Source: a bacterium | Lineage (GTDB): Bacteria > Hinthialibacterota > Hinthialibacteria > Hinthialibacterales > Hinthialibacteraceae | DNA: 13,077 nt | Direction of reading: 5' to 3' | Assembly: GCA_041946805.1 (NCBI GenBank) | Contig: JBHGBC010000169.1 | Location: 1-13,077, forward strand | Part shown: positions 1 through 8,168 of the stretch, one piece after another | Numbering within the stretch: the stretch's first letter is position 1 | How the letters are laid out: the number at the start of each line of letters is the position of its first letter | Program-made: the position numbers and the translations under genes | The notes under the pieces: model-generated | What the model saw: only the letters and a program-made list of their open reading frames with translations | The model's database searches: none | Told to the model about the DNA's origin: nothing

Positions 1-456
1 TGGAGCGACGCCGAAGCCCGAGAAATCCTAGGGGATTTCTTCCCGCCGGAAACCCATTCCTACCAGATTAAAGAAGTCCTGGAGCGCCTGGATCCCACAT
101 TAGATCAGGGATCCCGCATGGCGCCGATCCGGGGCCTTCCACAAAAAATCTCCGAAAGCATTCTGCGGTTTATCGAGCACGTGCACCCGGGCGCGCGGCC
201 GTTTTTCGCGCGCTATTCACCCTTGCCAGGCCAGTTGGCCGAACAAATGGTCATGACCTGGGAGCGGTTGGTGAAGAATTTTTCCGGGCGGTCGACCGCG
301 GAATCGGCGGAGATCATCAAGCGGCGCGAGTTGGCGCGGTACATGCAGAAGGCGGAACGGATCGTCTATACCCATTATGTCAACGCCCTGCGGTGGGGCC
401 ATGGCGAAGGGCCATCCTTCACCCCGTCCGCTCGACCTGCATCTCCTTGGGGATGA
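1..456 (+). CDS. Hypothetical protein, 5'-truncated by the window edge (C-terminal ~151 aa)
   Basis: Frame 1 is open from base 1 (WSDAEAREILGDFFPPETHSYQIKEVLERLD...) to TGA at 454-456. The composition looks protein-like and helical, but no family motif was recognised. The 3' end overlaps the glgC 3' end by 38 bp. Confidence 0.6.
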   Translation, partial: WSDAEAREILGDFFPPETHSYQIKEVLERLDPTLDQGSRMAPIRGLPQKISESILRFIEHVHPGARPFFARYSPLPGQLAEQMVMTWERLVKNFSGRSTAESAEIIKRRELARYMQKAERIVYTHYVNALRWGHGEGPSFTPSARPASPWG

Positions 457-1657
457 CCACGATGCCTTCCTCCGTGCGGATGAACTGGCGGCGGTCTTGC
501 TCGGCATCAAAGCCGATCACGCAACCGTCAGGAATCTGGACATTCTTGTCGATGATCGTGTTCTGGATCCGGCAGCGGCTGCCGATCACCGTCCCGTTGA
601 AGACCACGCAGCCGGTCAGTTCGCTTCCCTCCCCGATTTCCACTTGCGGCGAGATCACGCAACAGTCCAGGTTTCCCTCGATCCGGCACCCGCCGGACAC
701 GAACGAACGCGCGATGCGGCCCTGCTGGAAATTGCTCAGATTCAGGCGGCAGGGCGGCAACTGAATGGAGGAACTCCGGAACGGCCAATCCTTCGAGAAC
801 AGATTGAGGGATTGGCGTTCATCCAACAGGTCCATGTTCGCCTGGTAATAGCTCATCAAGCTGCCCACGTCCCGCCAATAGGGGTCGGCCCCCTGCCGGG
901 TGAAGGGATAGGCGTACAGGGCGACGTCGCCCTTCTGGACCAAGCGCGGGAAAATATTCTTGCCCAGGTCATGCTGCGACCTCAGGTCCTTGTGATCCTC
1001 GATGACCGAGCGGACCATGCAGGCCGTGTTGAACACATAGATCCCCATGTTGACCAGCGCGCGGTCCGGCTTGCCGGGGATGGCCGGGGGATCGGCCGGT
1101 TTTTCGACAAACCGCACCACCCGGTGGTTCCCGTCCACTTGCATGACTCCGAATTCCGTGGCCTGGGCGCGGGGGTATTCGTAGCACGCGATGGTCACGT
1201 CCGCTTCCCGGCTCACGTGATAGGCCAGCAGGTCGTGGTAATCCATCCGGTAGATATGATCGCCGGAGAGAATCAGCGTCTGTTCCGGTTTCCATTGTTC
1301 CAGCAGAAAGATGTTTTGATAAATGGCGTCCGCGGTTCCCTCATACCAGCGCGCATGCATGCGTTTTTGCGGCGGGACCGTCTCGATGTACTCGCCCAAC
1401 TCCCGGCTCAGCAGGTTCCAGCCATCCCGGATATGGCGGTAGAGCGACTGGGACTTGTACTGGGTCAGCACATACACCTGGCGCAAGCCGGAATTGATGC
1501 AATTGGACAACGTGAAATCGATGATCCGGTACGAACCCGCGAACGGGACGGAGGGCTTGGAACGGTCCTTGGTCAGGGGATAGAGGCGCTCGCCCTGGCC
1601 CCCGGCCAGGATCAGTGTCAAGGTTTTGCGCAGCAGGGAAGGCGCCAAACGGTCCAT
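419..1657 (-). CDS. glgC: Glucose-1-phosphate adenylyltransferase (ADP-glucose pyrophosphorylase)
   Basis: N-terminal ILAGGQGERLYPLTKDRSKPSVPFAGSYRIIDFTLSNCINSG, plus WYEGTADA, ILSGDHIYRMDY, FVEKP, MGIYVF and YWRDVG, and a C-terminal hexapeptide beta-helix-like region. An AAGGA SD-like sequence lies upstream of ATG 1657. Confidence 0.97.
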   Translation of the reverse strand: MDRLAPSLLRKTLTLILAGGQGERLYPLTKDRSKPSVPFAGSYRIIDFTLSNCINSGLRQVYVLTQYKSQSLYRHIRDGWNLLSRELGEYIETVPPQKRMHARWYEGTADAIYQNIFLLEQWKPEQTLILSGDHIYRMDYHDLLAYHVSREADVTIACYEYPRAQATEFGVMQVDGNHRVVRFVEKPADPPAIPGKPDRALVNMGIYVFNTACMVRSVIEDHKDLRSQHDLGKNIFPRLVQKGDVALYAYPFTRQGADPYWRDVGSLMSYYQANMDLLDERQSLNLFSKDWPFRSSSIQLPPCRLNLSNFQQGRIARSFVSGGCRIEGNLDCCVISPQVEIGEGSELTGCVVFNGTVIGSRCRIQNTIIDKNVQIPDGCVIGFDAEQDRRQFIRTEEGIVVIPKEMQVERTG

Positions 1658-1818
1658 AAAGAATCCTTGAAATATATGGTGTTTCGGAATCCGCGTAACA
1701 ACCCGCGCGGCTCATTGTACTACCAGACCGATTTTCGTTTGAAGGAAGGTGGCTGTCCATTACGGGTTGGACCAAGGATGTTATCCCCGCGAATGGGGGG
1801 ATCCAGGAAGAGGCGTTG

Positions 1819-1845
1819 TTTTCTCCCCATTAACCGGGGAGAAAA
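1819..1845. other. Perfect 10-bp inverted repeat TTTTCTCCCC-attaacc-GGGGAGAAAA
   Basis: Seen directly in the spacer between the FapA-like gene and glgC. It could be a terminator-like hairpin or a repeat remnant. Confidence 0.5.
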
Positions 1846-1876
1846 GCATGATAAATGCCGCTGATGTTGAGATTTT

Positions 1877-1911
1877 CTCTCACCCCGGCCCTCTCCCGGG
1901 GGGAGAGGGAG
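1877..1911 (-). repeat. REP-like palindromic repeat, copy 1
   Basis: The reverse complement reads CTCCCTCTCCC-CCC-GGGAGAGGG-CCGGGGTGAGAG: a 9-bp perfect hairpin plus the conserved tail. Confidence 0.85.
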
Positions 1912-2106
1912 CGGAAATGTGACCTGTATCGTTTGTTGATAGGTGTATTTGGGAGAATTAGGCCATTCTTGATTTCTCATTTTTCCATCAAGGGAATACA
2001 TCATTACTTCTTACTGCAGAAGGTCTTGATGAGAGAAATCATGATGGTTGCAGATCCGTCATTTCCCTGGCGAACCACCGTCAATCATCACTTCTCTTAA
2101 AACCAT

Positions 2107-2145
2107 CCCCTCCCCCCCCAGGGAGAGGGCCAGGGTGAGGGAAAT
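2107..2145 (+). repeat. REP-like palindromic repeat, copy 2
   Basis: CCCCTCCCCC-CCCA-GGGAGAGGG-CCAGGGTGAGGGAAAT. Bases 2121-2145 are identical over 25 nt to 11061-11085. Confidence 0.85.
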
Positions 2146-2221
2146 ACGGAATAAACGGCGTGGCTTATTGAAACAATGCCCCAGGAGGGCAACCGGACGT
2201 TCACGCCTACATCCGGCATAT

Positions 2222-3970
2222 TCAAGCCATACCTTCCCCTTCCTGGTCCTCGAATGCCCGCTCTTGAAACGGCAGCGTCACCCAATTGCCGTTGGCGTAC
2301 AAAATCGTGCTGGGGCCCAGGCTTTCCATTACAGTCAAGGTCTGTCCCAGGATATGAATCACCGTGCCTGCATGGATCGCCTGGCGGGCCCGCACCATAC
2401 GCGCGCAGGCTTCACTGTACGCCAGGTCGCGCGTGGCTTTTTCTAATTTTTTGAGTAGAATTTCTCTCTCTTTGTCCACATTGGGCGGGGCATTTTCGAT
2501 CGGACGCGGATTTTCCTCCCGCGTTCGGGTACCGGTTTCCTCCTGTTCATCGCCACGAGGGGCAGTCTGCCGTAAATAGTTTATTTCCTGTTCCTTAACA
2601 CATAATTCTTCACGCAGTTTCTCCACTGTTTCCCGCAGTCCCGGCAGCTCGTTTCCCAAGAACAACTCGGTGGCCACGCCCGTCTCCGAGCCGATTTCCG
2701 CCGCGCAGATATCTTCCCAGGCTTCCAACTTGCCACCCACGATCTGCCCGTTCGGACCTTCCGACAAAATCCGCCGGGCTGACACTTCCGATTCAATAAT
2801 GGGCCCACGGACCACCAGGTCCCCTCCGGCCTGAATCCGTGCTCCTTGCACATAGGTGGTGAGCACATGCTTTCCGCTTTGGATCACCGCCTTTTCTTTT
2901 CCGTACACGCCGCCCCGGCAAAACACCGTGCCTTGCGCCCGGATGACCGCCCGCTCGATCATTCCCCGGACGGCGATGTCCTCTCCGGACTCCACCGAGA
3001 AATCCGACAACACATTCCCGTGGACATACACCGAGACCGCCGATTTGATATCCCCTGAGTTGGCGTTCACGTTCCCCCGGATCATTTCCGCCGGGAGCAG
3101 CACGATCTGGCCGGCTTCCAGATAGGCGAAACCTTCCACCAGCGAAAACACCCCGGTCCGGTCCGGATCCACGGCGCAATTCCGAAGCGTGGGCAGATCG
3201 GCGTCCGGGCCGGGCAGGCCGGGCACCTTGGCGCCGAACACATCCATGCCCGCTTCCCCCTCCGCGGCCGGCGTCTTCATAAAAACCGCCTGGCCTTTTT
3301 CCACGGGCAGAAAGAAATACTGCGTCTTGGGATCGGTCTTGCCGCCTTCCGCGCCGAGCGGTATCCCCGGTGAGCCGATCAGATTCAAACCTTTTTCGAT
3401 CCGCGCGGGACGGCCCAACGTGGGTTCCTTCCCCCTTGCCACGCAAATCTCCCGGTCATAACGATTTTCATCGAAAAGCTGTTGGATCGCTTCCTCATCA
3501 ATCCCATACACGATCCCGCGCCGCCGCAGCGAATCCTTCACCCGCGCCGGGGTCCACAATTCGCGCTCCGCGGAGGATACGGTGATGAACACGGCCATCC
3601 CGCCGGGGCCGATCCGGGGTTGCGGCCCCAGGAACGACGCCGCTTCCCGCAACCCGGCCAGGGTTTCCCCTTCCGGATTCTCCGCCCCCGGTTCAGGAAT
3701 TGTCTCCATCGCTTGGCGGATCCAACGGTACAACGCGATCAAGTGGTCATGCGCCGCTTCCCGGATGGATTCCAACGGCTCCTGGCCGGCCGCTTCCAAC
3801 AGTTTCGCGAGAGACCGGCCCAGTTCACGAAAATCCGCGCCGCGTGGACCGCCCCCTTCGCGTGTATCCAACTCGCGCGCGATCCGGTCCGCCCCTTCGC
3901 GCAAAAGGATCAGGGATCGCTTGATCAGTTCCACTTCGCGTGTGGTTTGATGGGTTGATAGATCGGTCAT
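2222..3970 (-). CDS. FapA / DUF342 family protein (start uncertain; ORF is open to 4081)
   Basis: Family-typical segments: SLRRRGIVYGIDEEAI, VARGKEPTLG, VEKGQ...EGEAGMDVFG, solenoid-like repeats IRGNVNANSGDI..VYVHGNVLSDFSVESGEDIAVRGMIERAVIRAQG, IVGGKLEA..IGSETGVATELFLG, a coiled coil, then IHAGTVIHI. ATG 3970 was chosen as the likelier start, but no clear SD was seen. Confidence 0.85.
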   Translation of the reverse strand: MTDLSTHQTTREVELIKRSLILLREGADRIARELDTREGGGPRGADFRELGRSLAKLLEAAGQEPLESIREAAHDHLIALYRWIRQAMETIPEPGAENPEGETLAGLREAASFLGPQPRIGPGGMAVFITVSSAERELWTPARVKDSLRRRGIVYGIDEEAIQQLFDENRYDREICVARGKEPTLGRPARIEKGLNLIGSPGIPLGAEGGKTDPKTQYFFLPVEKGQAVFMKTPAAEGEAGMDVFGAKVPGLPGPDADLPTLRNCAVDPDRTGVFSLVEGFAYLEAGQIVLLPAEMIRGNVNANSGDIKSAVSVYVHGNVLSDFSVESGEDIAVRGMIERAVIRAQGTVFCRGGVYGKEKAVIQSGKHVLTTYVQGARIQAGGDLVVRGPIIESEVSARRILSEGPNGQIVGGKLEAWEDICAAEIGSETGVATELFLGNELPGLRETVEKLREELCVKEQEINYLRQTAPRGDEQEETGTRTREENPRPIENAPPNVDKEREILLKKLEKATRDLAYSEACARMVRARQAIHAGTVIHILGQTLTVMESLGPSTILYANGNWVTLPFQERAFEDQEGEGMA

Positions 3971-4304
3971 GGCATTTCGACAGTACTGGAAATCCCGCAC
4001 CGGGACAAGATTGCCTCCCCTGAACGGCCGGACCGTCTTGGAGTAAACGGCGCCGATTTTCCACAGCGGCAGAATAGGCAAAATGAAGGGACCGCGAAAG
4101 TCTGAAACGGCTGGTAAAACGGAAGGAAAAATCGACAGCCTCGGAGTAATTAGCTATTCTTTCTCCCGGTGGGAGGAGAAGTCCTCCCCCGGACGGATCG
4201 TACCTTGCAAGCCTTCAAGCAATGCCGTCCTCTCGCAAACAGGGATCCAGCCTGAAAAATGAGATCCGAAGGGATCCGCGTGAATGGCCGCAGGCAGCCA
4301 TCCT

Positions 4305-5645
4305 TCACCGGTTCACCATCCGGTTGGGTTGGCCGGTCGATTCAAGGACGGACAGCCACAGGTCGCTCTCCGGATCGAGGGCTTTCCTTCCGGTCACCAC
4401 CGCCTCGATGGGCACATGCGTCAGCGAGGATTTCCACGATCCCACGAGCATCCCCGTCCGGCCGCTCATGGCCGCGTGCGCCGCGGCGTGCGCCATCCGC
4501 AGGCAATACATCCGGTCGGAGGGAATCGCCCGCAGCGACCGCACCATATAACTGGGATCGATGTACCGCACGCTCGCCTCGATCCCCCGTTCCTGAAAAT
4601 ACGCCTTAATCCGTTCGTGCAGGAAGGTTCCGATATCCGCCAATTTCACGTTGCCGGAGGCGTCCCTCTCCCTCCCCGGGGAATCTCTCGTCATCAGATC
4701 CTGCCCCGCCCCTTCCGCCACCACCACCAGGGCGTGCTGGCGCTTCAAGATCCGCTGTTCCAACGCCGCCAATAATCCGTTGGGAGGCTCCAAGTCGAAC
4801 GGCACCTCCGGCACCAAGGTAAAATTCACCTCACCGCTGGCCACCGCCGCGGTCGCGGTCAACAGGCCGGATTCCCGGCCCATCAACTTCACGATGGCGA
4901 TCCCGTTGTACGCCCCCACCGCTTCCGCGTGCGCGCTCAGCAGCACAGTGGTCGCCACGGAATAGGCGGTCTCGAATCCGAAACTCCGCTCCACGTACAA
5001 CACATCATTGTCGATCGTCTTGGGAACACCGATCACCGCGATTTCCAGGTTCTGCTTCCGGATTTCCTCCACCAAGGCCATGGCCCCGCGTTGGGTGCCA
5101 TCCCCCCCGATCGTGAAGAGCAGATTGATCCCCCGTTTTACCATAAAATCCACCATGGCCTCCACCGGTTGCGGCCCCCTTGAAGATCCCAGCATGGTCC
5201 CGCCCCGCGTGTGGATTTCACTCACCGATTTCGGGTCCAACGGGACGGGATCGAGTCCGGCACTCTCCACCAATCCCTTATAGCCGTATTGAATTCCGAA
5301 GATCCGGCGGACGCCATAATGGAAATAAAGCGAATGCACGATGCCCTGGATCACGTCATTGAGGCCCGGGCACAATCCCCCGCAGGTCACGATGGCCGCC
5401 GTCACGTCCGCGGGATTGAAGAAAATCCGGTCCCGCGGTCCCGCCGCTTCGAACGACGGTGGCTCTTCCCCCCGCTCCAGGTACCGCCGGATCACGGACA
5501 CGGATTCATCATGCAGAATACGTTCGTCGTCATTCACGAAGTTCGCAATCAGATCCCCCGTGACATGCGACAAACGCATCGGCGATTTATACCGGGGCTG
5601 CCCCAGGCGGCGGATGGTGAAATCGGGTATGGGATGTACATTCAT
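4305..5645 (-). CDS. pfkA: 6-phosphofructokinase, PfkA family, long 'clade X'-like type, probably ATP-dependent
   Basis: Motifs AIVTCGGLCPGLNDVI, GGTMLGSSRG, IGGDGT (GGDG is associated with ATP use), PKTIDND, MGRESG, VAEGAGQ, YIDPSYMVRS and C-terminal WLSVLESTGQP. Confidence 0.93.
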   Translation of the reverse strand: MNVHPIPDFTIRRLGQPRYKSPMRLSHVTGDLIANFVNDDERILHDESVSVIRRYLERGEEPPSFEAAGPRDRIFFNPADVTAAIVTCGGLCPGLNDVIQGIVHSLYFHYGVRRIFGIQYGYKGLVESAGLDPVPLDPKSVSEIHTRGGTMLGSSRGPQPVEAMVDFMVKRGINLLFTIGGDGTQRGAMALVEEIRKQNLEIAVIGVPKTIDNDVLYVERSFGFETAYSVATTVLLSAHAEAVGAYNGIAIVKLMGRESGLLTATAAVASGEVNFTLVPEVPFDLEPPNGLLAALEQRILKRQHALVVVAEGAGQDLMTRDSPGRERDASGNVKLADIGTFLHERIKAYFQERGIEASVRYIDPSYMVRSLRAIPSDRMYCLRMAHAAAHAAMSGRTGMLVGSWKSSLTHVPIEAVVTGRKALDPESDLWLSVLESTGQPNRMVNR

Positions 5646-5893
5646 GGGATGACCAGCCTCGTTGGCGGCGCGGGGGCTGCCGTTTCACCCGGCTGACCAC
5701 GCGCGTTGGTTGATTCAAAGGCTATATGAGCGGCAGGCAAACAGGAGTACGCCCCCGGTGGATTTAACTCATTTCACCCGGATTTTCAATGGCGGACACG
5801 GGCTTGCCCGTGCGGAAATCCGTTCACTATCCCGGCGTGGAAATCTACCCGGCGGCTGGCGCGTGAGGCAGGAAAAAGGAATGAATGACCATC

Positions 5894-6826
5894 TTATGGC
5901 CCGCCGTAGGGGAACAATTCCGTGGACAGATACCGTTCCCCGGTGTCCGGCAGCACCACCACGAGATCCTTGCCCGGCCCGAGTTTCTGAGCCTGCTGCA
6001 CGGCGCAATAGCAAGCCGCCCCCCCGGAAATCCCCGCGAAAATCCCCTCTTCCCGGCACAACCGCCGCGCGGTCTCCATGGCCTGGTCGTTGTTGACCGT
6101 CATCACCTCGTCCACCAGGCTCATGTCCATGATTTTGGGAATAAAGCCCGCCCCGAGGCCTTGTATCTTGTGCGGTCCCGGACTTCCGCCCGACATCACC
6201 GGCGAATGCTCCGGCTCGACCGCCACCAACTTGATGTCCGGCTTTTTCTCCCGCAAATACCGCCCCGCGCCCGTGATCGTCCCCCCGGTCCCCACGCCGC
6301 ACACCAACATGTCGATTCGGCCTTCGGTCTGCTCCCAGATTTCCGGCCCGGTGGTTTGGTAATGAATCTCCACGTTCGCCGGATTGTTGAATTGTTGCGG
6401 AACGAACGCCCCATTGTATTCCTTCACCAGCTGTTCGGCCTTCTCGATGGCGCCCCGCATCCCCTTCGAGCCTTCCGTCAGGATGAGTTCCGCCCCGAAG
6501 GCCTGCAAAATCTTCCGGCGTTCCAGGCTCATGGTCTCCGGCATGATCAATATGCACCGGTACCCCTTCACCGCCGCCACCATCGCCAATCCGATCCCCG
6601 TGTTGCCACTCGTGGGTTCGATGATGATTCCGCCGGGACTCAACAATCCTTCCCGTTCCGCCGCCTCGATCATCGACATCCCGATGCGTTCCTTTACGCA
6701 ACCCGCCGGGTTCTGCGACTCCAATTTCGCCCACACGGTGGCGGCTTCACTGTTGACCAATTTATTGAGACGGACGATTGGAGTATCCCCAATCAACTCT
6801 ATAATATTGTTGGCCCGTTTTGCCAT
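5894..6826 (-). CDS. cysK: Cysteine synthase A (O-acetylserine sulfhydrylase)
   Basis: Motifs [26 protein letters not shown] (PLP lysine), [42 protein letters not shown] and [18 protein letters not shown] lies upstream. Confidence 0.97.
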   Translation of the reverse strand: MAKRANNIIELIGDTPIVRLNKLVNSEAATVWAKLESQNPAGCVKERIGMSMIEAAEREGLLSPGGIIIEPTSGNTGIGLAMVAAVKGYRCILIMPETMSLERRKILQAFGAELILTEGSKGMRGAIEKAEQLVKEYNGAFVPQQFNNPANVEIHYQTTGPEIWEQTEGRIDMLVCGVGTGGTITGAGRYLREKKPDIKLVAVEPEHSPVMSGGSPGPHKIQGLGAGFIPKIMDMSLVDEVMTVNNDQAMETARRLCREEGIFAGISGGAACYCAVQQAQKLGPGKDLVVVLPDTGERYLSTELFPYGGP

Positions 6827-6897
6827 CGTTTCCTCCAGGTTCTCGTGTTCAGCCGGATCGGCGCATCCAAGTTGATTGATAGTATAAGATTCTATGT

Positions 6898-6926
6898 ATT
6901 CTACATCGAAGATAGGAAATACTCAA
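6898..6926 (-). promoter_or_regulatory. Putative sigma70 promoter for cysK
   Basis: Minus strand reads TTGAGT (6926-6921), a 17-nt spacer, then TAGAAT (6903-6898), in an AT-rich patch about 70 bp upstream of the cysK ATG. Confidence 0.55.
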
Positions 6927-7046
6927 TGATATCCGCCTCTTTCGTGTCTGACCGGGATGGGTGCCCATAATGAGAACCGATTGGTTTCCGATTTGCACGT
7001 GCCTTTCAAGCGCGAAACGTTTCCACCAGGATGGCTTGATGCCTGA

Positions 7047-7082
7047 CCTTCTCCCTCTGGGAGAGGATTAGGGTGAGGGAAT
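7047..7082 (+). repeat. REP-like palindromic repeat, copy 3
   Basis: CCTTCTCCC-TCT-GGGAGAGGA-TTAGGGTGAGGGAAT, in the divergent spacer between cysK and the RluA-family gene. Confidence 0.8.
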
Positions 7083-7193
7083 GAGGCCGGTGCGAACCCA
7101 TGTGTCCGCCCGTATCGTTCGAGGGAATAGAATGCCAATTCACCCTCCAATTCACCTTTGCCGAATATATTATCGAATTGGGGAATTTTAACC

Positions 7194-8168
7194 ATGCCCG
7201 GCCACGAATTGACCTTCATCGTCCCCCCCACCCAGGCGCCTATCCGTGTCGACAAATACCTGGCGGCGCAAATCGACACACTGTCCCGCGCCCGCATCCA
7301 GCAACTGGCCGAAGAAGGAGAAATTCGGCTCAACGGCCACCCGGTTTCACGATCCAAGGAAAAAGTGCAGCCCGGGGACCGGATTGTCATCCGCCTGCCC
7401 GCCCCCAACCCCATGGGAGTCCCGCCGGAACCGGGTGAACTGCAAATCTTGTATGAAGACGACTACTTCCTGGCCGTCAACAAACCCCCGGGCCTCTGCG
7501 TGCATCCCAGCGAACACCGGAAAACCGGGACCTTGGTGAATATCCTCCTCTACCATGGGAAATCTCTCTCCAGCCTCGGCGGTCCCCTGCGGCCGGGGAT
7601 CGTGCACCGCCTTGATCTCGCCACCAGCGGCGTTCTCCTGGTGGCCAAAAACGACGAGATCCATCGGCGGCTGACCGCGATGTTCAAGGCCCGGAAAATC
7701 CAAAAGGGCTATTGGGCAATTCTCCACGGCGTTCCCGCGCGCCATGAAGGCGAAATCAACCTCCCCATCGGCCGCCACCCCCGGGACCGCAAGCGTATGG
7801 CCATCCGTCCCGAGGGCCGTCCCGCGGTAACCCGGTATCGAATTTTGCGTACAGGACTAGGCGGATCGCTCGCCGAAGTTTATCCTACCACCGGCCGGAC
7901 TCACCAGATACGGGTGCATTTCCGGCACCTGGGCGTTCCCATCGTGCGTGATTCGTTATATGGGTTGAAAAAATATGCGGGGAAAGGGATCCTGGAACGG
8001 CTCTTCGCGGAGTATCCGGGACTGGCCTTACACGCCCGCTCTCTCCGCTTTCCCCATCCGGCCACCGGCCGGGAAATCACGATCACCGTGGAGCCTCCGG
8101 ATCTTTTTTTATCCATCACGGAACAAATGACATGCCTGGAAACGAATTCCAACGCCGCCTGGTCATGA
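7194..8168 (+). CDS. rluD: RluA-family pseudouridine synthase with S4 domain (RluD-like)
   Basis: S4-like RVDKYLA..LSRARIQQL..G.I.LNG, followed by ILYEDD..LAVNKPPGLCVHP, catalytic PGIVHRLD..TSG, TGRTHQIRVH and ALHA. ATG 7194 is preferred over TTG 7158. Confidence 0.9.
   Translation: MPGHELTFIVPPTQAPIRVDKYLAAQIDTLSRARIQQLAEEGEIRLNGHPVSRSKEKVQPGDRIVIRLPAPNPMGVPPEPGELQILYEDDYFLAVNKPPGLCVHPSEHRKTGTLVNILLYHGKSLSSLGGPLRPGIVHRLDLATSGVLLVAKNDEIHRRLTAMFKARKIQKGYWAILHGVPARHEGEINLPIGRHPRDRKRMAIRPEGRPAVTRYRILRTGLGGSLAEVYPTTGRTHQIRVHFRHLGVPIVRDSLYGLKKYAGKGILERLFAEYPGLALHARSLRFPHPATGREITITVEPPDLFLSITEQMTCLETNSNAAWS

Noticed and set aside
377..1864. 495-aa plus-strand ORF antisense to glgC
   Set aside because: It is a shadow ORF on the opposite strand of a well-supported gene in GC-rich DNA, with no protein motifs.
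1877..2145. Possible CRISPR repeats
   Set aside because: The copies are inverted, dispersed and irregularly spaced. There is no repeat-spacer periodicity and no cas gene.
1720..2285. Small ORFs in the spacer between glgC and the FapA-like gene (81, 94 and 62 aa)
   Set aside because: They run through the repeats (PLPLPPGEGRGE, LTPALSRGERE are repeat translations) and show no transposase or nuclease motif. A small peptide cannot be fully excluded.
3971..4081. N-terminal extension of the FapA-like ORF to TTG 4081
   Set aside because: It has a non-ATG start and the peptide does not look conserved, so it was treated as probable 5' untranslated sequence. The start remains uncertain.
4161..4190. 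CTCCC-GGT-GGGAG mini-hairpin as another repeat copy
   Set aside because: It has only a 5-bp stem and no GGGTGAGGG tail, so it is too weak to assign.
5731..5760. GGCAAAC reminiscent of a c-di-GMP-I riboswitch
   Set aside because: It lies on the strand opposite pfkA and lacks the GNRA-capped stem and downstream conserved elements.
5769..6970. 361-aa plus-strand and 321-aa minus-strand ORFs over cysK
   Set aside because: These are antisense or alternative-frame shadows with Arg/Gly/His-rich, non-protein-like composition.
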